Source: Eledone cirrhosa
Lineage: Eukaryota
Direction of reading: 5' to 3'
Assembly (NCBI GenBank): GCA_964016885.1
Contig: OZ024748.1
Coordinates: 37,634,001-37,698,000, forward strand
Length of the DNA stretch: 64,000 bases
Positions within the stretch are counted from its first letter, which is position 1; each line of letters begins with the position of its first letter. Under the pieces are notes generated by a model. The model searched no databases. It saw only the letters and a list, made by a program, of their open reading frames with translations, and was not told the DNA's origin. The position numbers were made by a program, and so were the translations under genes. This document shows, in pieces, positions 30,001-43,100 of the stretch.

Positions 30001-30809
30001 TAGTATGGCAATGTAAGTGTTAACTAGCTCTAGATCTAGTATGACAATGTCAGTGTCAGTGTTAACTACCTCTAGATCTAGTATGACAATATCAGTGTCA
30101 GTGTTAACTACCTCTAGATCTAGTATGACAATGTCAGTGTCAGTGTTAACTACCTCTAGATCTAGTATGACAATGTCAGTGTCAGTGTTAACTACCTCTA
30201 GATCTAGTATGACAATGTCAGTGTCAGTGTTAACTACCTCTAGATCTAGTATGACAATGTTAGTGTCAGTGTTAACTACCACTAGATCTAGTATGACAAT
30301 GTCATTGTCAGTGTTAACTACCTCTAGATCTAGTATGACAATGTCAGTGTCAGTGTTAACTACCTCTAGATCTAGTATGACAATGTCAGTGTCAGTGTTA
30401 ACTACCTCTAGATCTAGTATGACAATGTCAGTGTCAGTGTTAACTACCTCTAGATGTAGTATGACAATGTCAGTGTCAGTGTTAACTACTTCTAGATCTA
30501 GTATGACAATGTTAGTGTCAGTGTTAACTACCTCTAGATCTAGTGTGACAATGTCAGTGTCAGTGTTAACTACCACTAGATCTAGTGTGACAATGTTAGT
30601 GTCAGTGTTTACTACCTCTAGATCTAGTATGACAATGTTAGTGTCAGTGTTTACTACCTCTAGATCTAGTATGTCAATGTTAACTACCTCTAGATCTAGT
30701 ATGACAATGTCAGTGTCAGTTTTAACTACCACTAGATCTAGTATGACAATGTCAGTGTCAGTGTTAACTACCTCTAGATCTAGCATGACAATGTTAGTAT
30801 TTGTGTTAA
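1..30809. repeat. 42-bp tandem satellite array (consensus AGTATGACAATGTCAGTGTCAGTGTTAACTACCTCTAGATCT) with 36-, 30-, 38- and 43-bp variant monomers and higher-order repeats; runs off the left edge
   Basis: Continuous head-to-tail monomers visible from base 1 to ~30809. Translations repeat every 14 aa (MTMSVSVLTTSRSS / VVNTDTDIVILDLE). The array ends abruptly at ...ATGTTAGTATTTGTGTTAAGG. Confidence 0.98.
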
Positions 30810-31345
30810 GGAAATAGTAAAGCTGGTGTTCTGAGAATAAAATCCACTTTCTTGATAAGATATGTTTCTAACAACTCCATCGTTGGCAGAACTGGTTGAA
30901 TCTGGAATAATAGCTAATTTTTTTTAACATGACGAATTGAAAACATCCCAATGTAGAATATTTTTCTCTATTCCAATAATGTCTCTTAGGATAACGCATT
31001 ATTTATTACTGTTTGTGGATTGGTTGAATTATGGTTACAATCTCTTTATAACAAATCCCAGAAGTTACCTAGGTTGTCGCCGTTGCTGACGATAAATATC
31101 TCGCTGAAAACCTGAACTCTCCGTGCATATAATTCAATGTCTTGATAAATATTTATGAATTAAGAAATCACTTTAAAACATACTACAGAGGCATTTATCA
31201 TCTGCTGATATTAAATGTAAAGAAAGAATTATGTGTAAACCTACAGCTCAGCTTAAACAGTTAACGGAACGACCTCGGCCATACTAAATAAAAAAGGCAT
31301 CACGTTTAAACAGCTACTCAAACACCGGTATGTGCTATCACGTGG

Positions 31346-31396
31346 GTGTATATATATATATATATGTAAATATATATATATGTATATATCTATATC

Positions 31397-31427
<31 letters not shown>

Positions 31428-31507
31428 TATAGCAATATATATGTAATATAGTAATATATATATATGTAATATATATGTATAGTAATATATATATGTGTAA
31501 TATATAC

Positions 31508-31549
<42 letters not shown>

Positions 31550-31561
31550 GTATATATAAAA

Positions 31562-31642
<81 letters not shown>

Positions 31643-32024
31643 ATATAGTATGTAATATATGTATATATATAAAACATATATCATTTAGTAATATACGCAT
31701 ATATAATATTTTCAATATAACAAGTTTGAAAAAAAATATGATTCCCTTGCATATGCATACATGCATATATATATATATGCATACGTGCATATATATATGT
31801 GTGTGTGTGTGTGTGTGGGTGTGTGTGTGTGTGTGTGTGTGTGTGTCTGTTTGTGTGTGTTTGTATGTGTGCGTGTAAATTTACACTGACGTAGATTGAG
31901 AGTAAATTAAATATAAGATCATAACGAGGCAGTCAGTCAGGCAAACTGAAGATGACATGACAGATGTTGACTGTGTGTATGTGTATATATGTGTGTGTAT
32001 GTATGTGTGGCTGTATATATGTAT

Positions 32025-32095
<71 letters not shown>

Positions 32096-32143
32096 TAAAT
32101 ATGTGTGTGTATATTTGTATGTGTATATATATATATATATATG

Positions 32144-32196
<53 letters not shown>

Positions 32197-32582
32197 TTCA
32201 AATATATATATATATATGTGTGTGTGAGGGGGTGTATGCGTATACATCCATCCACAGATAAGGGAAGAGGGCAAGTGAGAGAGAGAGAGGGGAAGAGAGA
32301 GATAGATAGATAGATAGATAAAGAGAGTGAGAGAAAGAGAAAGATAGAGAGCGAGATAGAGAGAGAGAGAGATAGGGAGTAGATGGAGAGAGGGAGAGAG
32401 AGGGGGGAGAGACGACCTGACACAAAGACTGCAATGAAAAACAAATCCAATTGCTCACAACATCATTGAATTAAAATGGAAGATGCCGACCGTAGAAAAT
32501 CAATGGTAGTGGGTTTAACAAACAATGATGGTTGCTGCCGTCCTGTGGAGAGATTATGGACGACGAGCAGGATGTTGTGTGC

Positions 32583-32630
<48 letters not shown>

Positions 32631-32706
32631 GTGTATATGTACATATATACATATATACATATTAGTATATATATATATATACATATATACATACATATTT
32701 GTATAA

Positions 32707-32746
<40 letters not shown>

Positions 32747-32867
32747 TTATATATATATATACTTATATATATTTATGTATATATGTACATATATACATAT
32801 ATACATATTAGTATATATATATATATACATACATATTGATTTATATATATATGTATGTATGTATTGT
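31346..32867. repeat. Compound microsatellite block (TA)n/(TG)n/(GA)n with short unique spacers
   Basis: Directly visible dinucleotide runs. Confidence 0.95.
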
Positions 32868-35800
32868 ACGTATAAGTGTCAATAAGTGAGTTTTGGGCTT
32901 TTTTTTTTCTTTTTGCGCGCGGGGACATAGAAATAATCGGGCTGGATGCCCGATCGCGCAGTTAAACCACTGGGAGTGAAGAACCCCTAGCCCTCGTCAG
33001 GGCATTCTTCTAGGAGAAGGCATCTCAGGAAACTGGGTTAACTCCGACATAAAACTTGCGGCTCAGTAGTTACCGATGATGTTGATCTTTTCTTCTTTTC
33101 GGGTTATAGCTACTGTCGCTCAGAGAGTGGGATTGGCTCAGTGCACAGTCTTTCCTCACTTTAAAAATATTCGTCACGCACAGGCATTGCACGATTGCAT
33201 TAATAATTATTAATAGTGTATTATTATTATTATTATTATTATTATTGTTACTATTATTATTACTTTTTTTTTTTTTTTTTCCCAATTCAATGATGTTCCA
33301 TAACAATATAAAAGAGATAATTGACAATTTAGGTTCTGGAACAAAAAAGATAATTGGCAATAAGGGCAGGGGCCCCAGGTTATCACAGCCTGGGCCCGCC
33401 CGTCATCGTGCCATTGTAATAGAGCCAAACAAGGCATTTAGTCTTGGCTGCTGGAACGTACAGACGCTGCTTGACAGGGATTCCTTGGAGCGTCCTGAAC
33501 GAAGGACCGCTCTTGTTGCAAAGGAGCTTCGACGTTACGATCTTGGCATCGTGGCTTTGTCTGAGACGAGGTTAGCTGAAAATGGTCATCTTACAGAATT
33601 TTGTGGAGAATATACATTGTTCTGGAAAGGAAGAGATGAAGGAACCAGAAGAGAGGCTGGGGTAGGATTTGCTGTTAAGACTGTTCTTGTGAATAAATTA
33701 GAAGAATTCTCAGTAGGGATTAGTGAGCGTCTTATGTCCATGAGAGTTCCGCTGGACAAAGGAAGATATGCGACCCTGGTGAGTGTGTATGCTCCAACTA
33801 TGAATTCTGTCGATGAAGAAAAAGTGTCCTTTTACCATGCCTTGAAAGGTGTTTTAAGAAATATCCCTCAGGCAGACAAAGTCATCGTGCTTGGTGACTT
33901 TAATGCTAGAGTGGGTAGGGATTTTAACACATGGAATGTAATCGGAAGGCATGGGGTGGGAAAGTGTAACAACAATGGTATGCTCCTGCTGCAGATGTGT
34001 GAGGAGCTGGATCTGTGTGTTACCAACACCATGTTCCAACAAAAGAACAAATTCAAGACCACATGGATGCATCCTGCATCTAAGGAATGGCATCTTTTGG
34101 ACTACGTCCTAGTCAGCATGCGTGACAGACAGGATGTGCAGTGTGTTCGTGCTCTTCGTGGAGCTGAGTGCTGGACGGACCACCGTCTGGTACGCGCAAA
34201 AGTGGAACTAATCACTAAATGTAAAATCCGGGCTCCTGGTGTTGCCTTCCCCAAAAGATTTAATGCTGCTCGTCTTAAGGATAAAAATGTGAAGAGGATA
34301 TTGGAAGAAGAGATGCAGGCTGCAGATCTTGGTGAGGATTGGCCTACCCTTAAAAAGTCGTTTTATGATGTAGGCAGGCGTGTTCTGGGATTCGTGCAGA
34401 GAAAACATCAGGACTGGTTTAATGAGAATGATGTACATATAGAAGACTTGTTGGCTGATAAGAGGCGTGCTCTGTCACGCTACTTGACGGCAAAACCACA
34501 GGAGAGGAATACGTTGCATGAGGAACTCAAGGATGTAAAATCACGTCTTAGGTGGAGTCTTTCTCAGATGAAGGATCAGTGGTGGAGTGACAAGGCTGGT
34601 GAGATACAAACTGCGTCAGATTCCAATAACACAACGCTGTTGTACAGTCTCTTGCATGAGGTTTATGGACCGTCTTCTTCTCTGGTGACACCGCTTCGCA
34701 GCAAGGATGGCAAAGAACTTCTTCGTGACTCACAAGGAATTCTACGAAGGTGGCGAGAGCACTTTGATGATCTTTTGAATCAGCCGTCTGTCGTCAGTGA
34801 AGATTCCTCAATCTTATTCCAGAAAGTCCTGTGAAAGCCACTCAACAGTGGAAGGTCTCCAGGTATGGATGGCATACATGCTGAGCTCCAACAATATGGT
34901 GGTGAGAGATTCCTGCAACATCTTCACTCTTTGTTTGGCAGAATATGGGCTAATGAATCCGTACCTGAGGACTAGAGAGATGCAGTAATGGTGATCTTGT
35001 ACAAGGGAAAGGGTAACAGGAATGATTGTGGGAACTACAGAGGTATATCATTGCTTTCTGTCGTAGGGAAAGTTTTATGTAGGGTACTTCTGGACCGTCT
35101 GCTGACACACATTGCAGATTGTGTTCTTCCTGAAAGTCAATCTGGTTTTCGTGCTGGACGTGGCACTAATATGATCTTCTCAGCTAGACAGCTCCAGGAG
35201 AAGTGCATGGAACAAGGTTTGAATCTGTATCAGGTTTTTGTCGATCTGACAAAAGCTTTCGATACTGTTAACGGAGATGCATTATGGAAGGTTCTCCAGA
35301 AACTTGGTTGCCCTGATAAGTTCCTTGCTTTAGTTAGGTCTTTCCATGACGACATGAAGGCTTGGGTTAATGTCGGAGGTAACATGTCGGAGCCTATCTC
35401 AGTAAAAAATGGAGTGAAACAGGGGGATATTCCAGCACCAACCCTGTTTGCCATATACTTTGCAATGGTTTTCTGTATTGCATTCAGGAATTGCGAGCAT
35501 GGTGTTTACATCCGATATCGAACCTCAGGCAGCATATTTAACATCAGGCGCTTTGCTGCAAAGACGAAAGTATTTACATCAATCATAAGAGACCTCTTGT
35601 ATGCAGATGATTCCGATCTTGTAGCGCACACAGAGAGTGATATGCAGCACATTTTGAATGCATTTTCTGATGCTTGCACTGCCCTAGGATTGACTGTCAG
35701 TCTCAAGAAAACCGTCGTCATGTACCAACCTGCCCCTGGTAAGCAGTACACTGAACCAAATATCTATGTGTATGGTAAACGACTTGGAGTGGTTGATCAG

Positions 35801-36949
35801 TTTGTCTACCTGGGAAGCACTGTCAATCGATACAGCAACCTTGTTAGTGAAATCTCATTTAGGATTAGGAAAGCAAGTGATGCTTTCGGAAAGCTAGAAA
35901 GGCGACTCTGGGGTCGGCGAGACATATGCAGGAGGGCAACGGTAAAGGTGTACAAGTCATGTGTGCTCTCTTGTCTTCTTTATGCCTTCGAGACCTGGGT
36001 CACATATCGACCCACTTTAAGCAATTGGAGCATTTCCATCAGATGTGTCTCAGACGGATCCATGGCGTTCACTGGAGGCACCACATCAGTGATGTCGAGA
36101 TTTTGGAAAGCTCTATGTGTGACAGTATAGAAGCTCTTGTGCTTAAGCAACGACTCCGTTGGAGTGGTCACCTTGCCAGGATGAACGATTCTAGAATACC
36201 AAAACAACTCTTTTATGGAGAGTTAGTTAAAGGAAAACGACCGCCACATAAACCAAAAAGAGAGGTATAAGGATTCCTTGAAAGCCTCTTTGAAAGACGC
36301 TAACATCTCTGCTGATACATTGGAAAATATTGCTGCTGATCCTAATAAATGGAGAAAGACTGTATATGAGGGAAAAGTTGCCTTTGAATCATCTCGAATC
36401 GCATACGAGAAAGTAAAGCGGGATGTGAGGAAGGGCATTGCTGTTGCACTTCCAGACGGCGAGGGTCCTCCTACAGTGCTGACATGCAGTGTCTGTACGA
36501 GACTCTGCCTAAGCAAAGCTGGACTCGAAAGTCATCTTCGCAGTCATAAAGTAAGACCAGTGGTTGACTACCAGGCTGCTGTTGGAGATGCTACTCATCA
36601 TGCTTGCCAAGCATGTGGTAGAGAATGTAAATCAGCAGGAGGGCTCAAACGACATGCACGAACTCCAACCACAGCCGACTATTCGCAGTAAATGTTTTAG
36701 TTGCCGACTCTGTGCAAGACGTTTTAGATCATTGCCTGGGCTAAAAAGCCACATTCGATCGCAGCGCTGTTAATAGCTATCGTGTGTGTGTATAGATATT
36801 TTTATGTGTGTGCGTGTGTGTGTATATATGTATATGTATATTATTATTGTTGTTGTCGTTATTATTATTGTTGTTATTATTATTATTATTATTGTTATTA
36901 ATATATGTGTATGTATATGTATGTGTATGTATGTATGTATGTATCTGTG

Positions 36950-36981
<32 letters not shown>

Positions 36982-37101
36982 CATATATATATGTATATAT
37001 ATTTTTTTTATTTTATTTATTTATTTTTTTATTATTTTATTTTTTTATTTTTTTTTATTTATTTATTATTGGCCATACTCGATAACGAGGGGGCAGCCAT
37101 C
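32868..37101 (+). mobile_element. RTE-clade (BovB/RTE-like) non-LTR retrotransposon, near full length but decayed
   Basis: GC-richer island with a single APE-RT ORF (disrupted) and a hairpin-rich leader (~32915-33060). A terminal segment GGCCATACTCGATAACGAGGGGGCAGCCATC (37071-37101) is separated from the ORF by microsatellite expansions. Possible low-complexity TSD ATGTATTGT at 32859-32867 and 37102-37110. Boundaries are approximate. Confidence 0.85.
33290..36773 (+). pseudogene. Disrupted RTE ORF: AP endonuclease + reverse transcriptase + 3 C-terminal C2H2 zinc fingers
   Basis: APE motifs CWNVQTL, ALSETR, SVYAPT, GDFNARVG, LDYVLV, TDHRLV. RT motifs NYRGISLLS, QSGFR, FVDLTKAFDTV, GVKQGD, LLYADD, FVYLGS, RLRWSGH. 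Lesions: frameshift/deletion near 34800-34835, in-frame TAG near 34972, frameshifts near 36010, 36265 and 36690. Confidence 0.93.
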
Positions 37102-40100
37102 ATGTATTGTGTATGTGTGCCTGTGTATATATATTGTGTATGTGTGCCTGTGTATATATATTGTGTATGTGTGCCTGTGTATATATATTGTGTATGTGTG
37201 CATGTGTATATATATTGTGTATGTGTGCCTGTGTATAAATATTGTGTATGTGTGCCTGTGTATATATATTGTGTTTGTGTGCCTGTGTATATATAATGTG
37301 TATGTGTGCCTGTGTATATATATATATTGTGTATGTGTGTCTGTGTATATATATTATGTATGTGTGCCTGTGTATATATATTTGTATGTTTGCCTGTGTA
37401 TATCTATTGTGTATGTGTGCATGTGTATATATATTGTGTATGTGTGCCTGTGTATAAATATTGTGTATGTGTGCCTGTGTATATATATTGTGTTTGTGTG
37501 CCTGTGTATATATAATGTGTATGTGTGCCCGTGTATATATATTGTGTATGTGTGCCTGTATATATATATTGTGTATGTGTGCCAATGTATATATATATAT
37601 TGTGTATGTGTGCCTGTGTATATATATTATGTATGTGTGCTTGTGTATATATATTGTGTATGTGTGCCTGTGTATATATATTATGTATGTGTGCCTGTGT
37701 ATATATGTTGTGTGTGCCTGTGTATATATATTGTGTATGTGTGCCTGTATATATATATTTGTATGTGTGCCTGTGTATATATATTGTGTATGTGTGCCTG
37801 TGTATATATATTTGTATGTGTGCCTGTATATATATATATTGTGTATGTGTGCCTGTGTATATATATTGTGTATGTGTGCCTGTGTATATATATTGTGTAT
37901 GTGTGCCTGTGTATATATATTATTATGTGTGCATGTGTATATATATTGTGTGGGCCTGTGTATATATGTAGATACATATGTATGTATATATATTGTGTAT
38001 GTGTACCTGTGTATATATATTGTGTATGTGTGCCTGTGTATATATATTGTGTATGTGTGCCTGTGTATATATATTGTGTATGTGTGCCTGTGTATATATA
38101 TTGTATATGTGTGCCTGTGTATATATATTGTGTATGTGTGCCTGTGTATATATATTGTGTATGTGTGCCTGTGTATATATATTGTGTATGTGTGCCTGTG
38201 TATATATATTGTGTATGTGTGCCTGTGTATATATATTGTATATGTGTGCCTGTGTATATATATATTGTGTATGTGTGCCTGTGTATATATATTGTGTATG
38301 TGTGCCTGTGTATATATATTATTATGTGTGCATGTGTATATATATTGTGTGGGCCTGTGTATATATATTGTGTATGTGTGCCTGTGTATATATATTGTGT
38401 GGGCCTGTGTATATATATTGTGTATGTGTGCCTGTGTATATATATTGTGTGGGCCTGTGTATATATATTGTGTATGTGTGCCTGTGTATATATATATATT
38501 ATGTGTGCCTGTGTATATATATTGTGTATGTGTGCCTGTGTATATATATTGTGTATGTGTGCCTGTGTATATATGTTGTGTATGTGTGCCTGTGTATATA
38601 TATTGTGTATGTGTGCCAGTGTATATATATTGTGTATGTGTGCCTGTGTATATATATTGTATATGTGTGACTGTGTATATATATTGAGTATGTGTGCCTG
38701 TGTATATACATTGTGTATGTGTGCCTGTGTATATATGTTGATATGTGTGCCTGTGTATATATATTGTATATGTGTGCCTGTGTATATATATTGTGTATGT
38801 GTGCCTGTGTATATATGTTGTGTATGTGTGCCTGTGTATATATATTGTGTATGTGTGCCTGTGTATATATATTGTGTATGTGTGCCTGTGTATATATATT
38901 GTATATGTGTGACTGTGTATAAATATTGTGTATGTGTGCCTATGTATATATATTATGTATGTGTGCCTGTGTATATATATTGTGTATGTGTGCCTGTGTA
39001 TATATAATGTGTATGTGTGCCTATGTATATATATTATGTGTGCCTGTGTATATATATTGTGTATGTGTGCCTGTGTACATATATTGTGTATGTGTGCCTG
39101 TGTATATATATTGTGTATGTGTGCCTGTGTATATATAATGTGTATGTGTGCCTATGTATATATATTATGTGTGCCTGTGTATATATATTGTGTATGTGTG
39201 CCTGTGTATATATATTGTGTATGTGTGCCTGTGTATATATGTTGTGTATGTGTGCCTGTGTATATATATTGTGTATGTGTGCCTGTGTATATATATTGTG
39301 TAAGTGTGCCTGTGTATATATATTGTGTATGTGTGCCTGTGTATATATATTGTGTATGTGTGCCTGTGTATATATGTTGTGTATGTGTGCCTGTGTATAT
39401 ATATTGTGTATGTGTGCCTGTGTATATATATTGTGTAAGTGTGCCTGTGTATATATATTAAGTATGTGTGCCTATGTATATATATTGTGTATGTGTGCCT
39501 GTGTATATATATTGTGTATGTGTGCCTGTATATATATATTGTGTATGTGTGCCTGTGTATATATATTGTGTATGTGTCGCTGTGTATATATATTGTGTAT
39601 GTGTGCCTCTGTATATATATTTGTATGTGTGCCTGTGTATATATATTGTGTATGTGTGCCTGTGTATATATATTGTGTATGTGTTCCTGTGTATATATAT
39701 TGTGTATGTGTGCCTGTGTATATATGTTGTGTATGTGTGCCTGTGTATATATATTGTGTATGTGTGCCTGTGTATATATATATATTGTGTATGTGTGCCT
39801 GTGTATATATATTGTGTATGTTTGCCTGTATATATATATTGTGTATGTGTGCCTGAGTATATATATTGTGTATGTGTCCCTGTGTATATATATTGTGTAT
39901 GTGTGCCTGTGTATATATATTTGTATGTATGCCTGTGTATATATATTGTGTATGTGTGCCTGTGTATATATATTATGTATGCGTGCCTGTGTATATATAT
40001 TGTGTATGTGTGCCTGTGTATATATATTGTGTATGTGTGCCTGTGTATATATATTGTGTATGTGTGCCTGTGTATATATATTTGTATGTATGCCTGTGTA

Positions 40101-43100
40101 TATATATTATGTATGTGTGCCTGTGTATATATATGTGTATGTGTGCCTGTGTATATATATTGTGTATGTGTCCCTGTGTATATATATTGTGTATGTGTGC
40201 CTGTGTATATATATTGTGTATGTGTGCCTGTGTATATATATTGTGTATGTGTGCTTATGTATATATATTGTGTATGTGTGCCTGTGTATAGATATTGTGT
40301 GTGCCTGTGTATATATATTGTGTATGTGTGCCGTGTATATATATTTGTATGTGTGCCTGTGTATATATATTGTGTATGTGTGCCTGTGTATATATATTGT
40401 GTATGTGTGCCTGGGTATATATATATTGTGTATGTGTGCCTGTGTATATATATTTGTATATGTGTGCCTGTGTATATATATCTTGTATGTGTGCCTGTGT
40501 ATATATATTGTGTATGTGTGCCTGTGTATATATATATTGTGTATGTGTGCCTGTGTATATATATTTGTATATGTGTGCGTGTGTATATATATTGTGTATG
40601 TGTGCCTGTGTATATATATTTGTATATGTGTGCCTGTGTATATATATTGTGTATGTGTGCCTGTGTATATATATTGTGTATGTGTGCCTGTGTATATATA
40701 TTATGTATGTGTGCCTGTATATATATATATATTGTGTATGTGTGCCTGTGTATATATATAGTGTATGTGTGCCGTGTATATATATTGTGTATGTGTGCCT
40801 GTGTATATATATTGTGTATGTGTGCCTGTGTATATATATTATGTATGTGTGCTTGTGTATATATATTGTGTATGTGTGCCTGTGTATATATATTATGTAT
40901 GTGTGCCTGTGTATATATGTTGTGTGTGCCTGTGTATATATATTGTGTATGTGTGCCTGTATATATATATTTGTATGTGTGCCTGTGTATATATATTGTG
41001 TATGTGTGCCTGTGTATATATATTTGTATGTGTGCCTGTGTATATATATTGTGTATGTGTCCCTGTGTATATATATTGTGTATGTTTGCCTGTGTATATA
41101 TGTAGATACATATGTATGTATATATATTGTGTATGTGTACCTGTGTATATATATTGTGTGTGCCTGTGTATATATATTGTGTATGTGTGCCTGTGTGTAT
41201 ATATATTGTGTATGTGTGCCTGTGTATATATATTGTGTATGTGTGCCTGTATATATATATTGTGTATGTGTGCCAGTGTATATATATATATTGTGTATGT
41301 GTGCCTGTGTATATATATTGTGTATGTGTGCCTGTGTATATATATTGTGTATGTGTGCCTGTGTATATATATTGTGTATGTGTGCCTGTATATATATATT
41401 GTGTATGTGTGCCAGTGTATATATATATATTGTGTATGTGTGCCTCTGTATATATATTGTGTATGTGTGCCTGTGTATATATATTGTGTATGTGTGCCTG
41501 TATATATATATTGTGTATGTGTGCCAGTGTATATATATATATTGTGTATGTGTGCCTGTGTATATATATTGTGTATGTGTGCCTGTGTATATATATTGTG
41601 TATGTGTGCCGTGTATATATATTTGTATGTGTGCCTGTGTATATATATTGTGTATGTGTGCCTGTGTATATATATATTGTGTATGTGTGCCTGGGTATAT
41701 ATATATTGTGTATGTGTGCCTGTGTATATATATTTGTATATGTGTGCCTGTGTATATATATTGTGTATGTGTGCCTGTGTATATATATTTGTATATGCGT
41801 GCCTGTGTATATTTATTGTGTATGTGTGCCTGTGTATATATATTGTGTATGTGTGCCTGTGTATATATATTATGTATGTGTGCCTGTGTATATATATATA
41901 TTGTGTATGTGTGCCTGTGTATATATATTGTGTATTTGTGCCGTGTATATATATTGTGTATGTGTGCCTGTTTATATATATTGTGTATGTGTGCCTGTGT
42001 ATATATATATTATGTATTTGTGCTTGTGTATATATATTGTGTATGTGTGCCTGTGTATATATATTATGTGTGTGTGCCTGTGTATATATGTTGTGTGTGC
42101 CTGTGTATATATATTGTGTATGTGTGCCTGTATATATATATTTGTATGTGTGCCTGTGTATATATATTGTGTATGTGTGCCTGTGTATATACATTTGTAT
42201 GTGTGCCTGTGTATATATATTTGTATGTGTGCCTGTGTATATATATTGTGTATGTGTGCCTGTGTATATATATTGTGTATGTGTGCCTGGGTATATATAT
42301 ATTGTGTATGTGTGCCTGTGTATATATATTTGTATATGTGTGCCTGTGTATATATATTGTGTATGTGTGCCTGTGTATATATATTGTGTATGTGTGCCTG
42401 TGTATATATATATATATTGTGTATGTGTGCCTGTGTATATATATATATTGTATATGTGTGCCTGTGTATATATATATATTGTGTATGTGTGCCTGTGTAT
42501 ATATATATATTGTGTATGTGTGCCTGTGTATATATATTTGTATATGTGTGCCTGTGTATATATATTGTGTATGTGTGCCTGTGTATATATATTGTGTATG
42601 TGTGCCTGTGTATATATATATATTGTGTATGTGTGCCTGTGTATATATATTATGTATGCGTGCCTGTGTATATATATTGTGTATGTGTGCCTGTATATAT
42701 ATATTTGTATGTGTGCCTGTGTATATATATTGTGTATGTGTGCCGTGTATATATATTTGTATGTGTGCCTGTGTATATATATTGTGTATGTGTGCCTGTG
42801 TATATATATATTGTGTATGTGTGCCTGGGTATATATATATTGTGTATGTGTGCCTGTGTATATATATTTGTATATGTGTGCCTGTGTATATATATTGTGT
42901 ATGTGTGCCTGTGTATATATATTTGTATATGTGTGCCTGTGTATATATATTGTGTATGTGTGCCTGTGTATATATATTGTGTATGTGTGCCTGTGTATAT
43001 ATATTATGTATGTGTGCCTGTGTATATATATATATTGTGTATGTGTGCCTGTGTATATATATTGTGTATTTGTGCCGTGTATATATATTGTGTATGTGTG

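Noticed and set aside
1-30817. Very long stop-free ORFs (up to 1110 aa) of VVNTDTDIVILDLE repeats on - and Ser/Thr/Met-rich repeats on +, suggesting a beta-solenoid or mucin-like protein
   Set aside because: The unit is a multiple of 3 and only one minus-frame codon (GAG) is a single substitution from a stop. The 6-bp indels follow slippage of the internal GTCAGT sub-repeat. Frameshifting 38- and 43-bp monomers have been amplified freely, and there is no unique N- or C-terminus. RNA-seq or proteomics would be needed to overturn this.
31086-31116. CTGACGA...GAAA hammerhead-like boxes
   Set aside because: No stem I, II or III complementarity.
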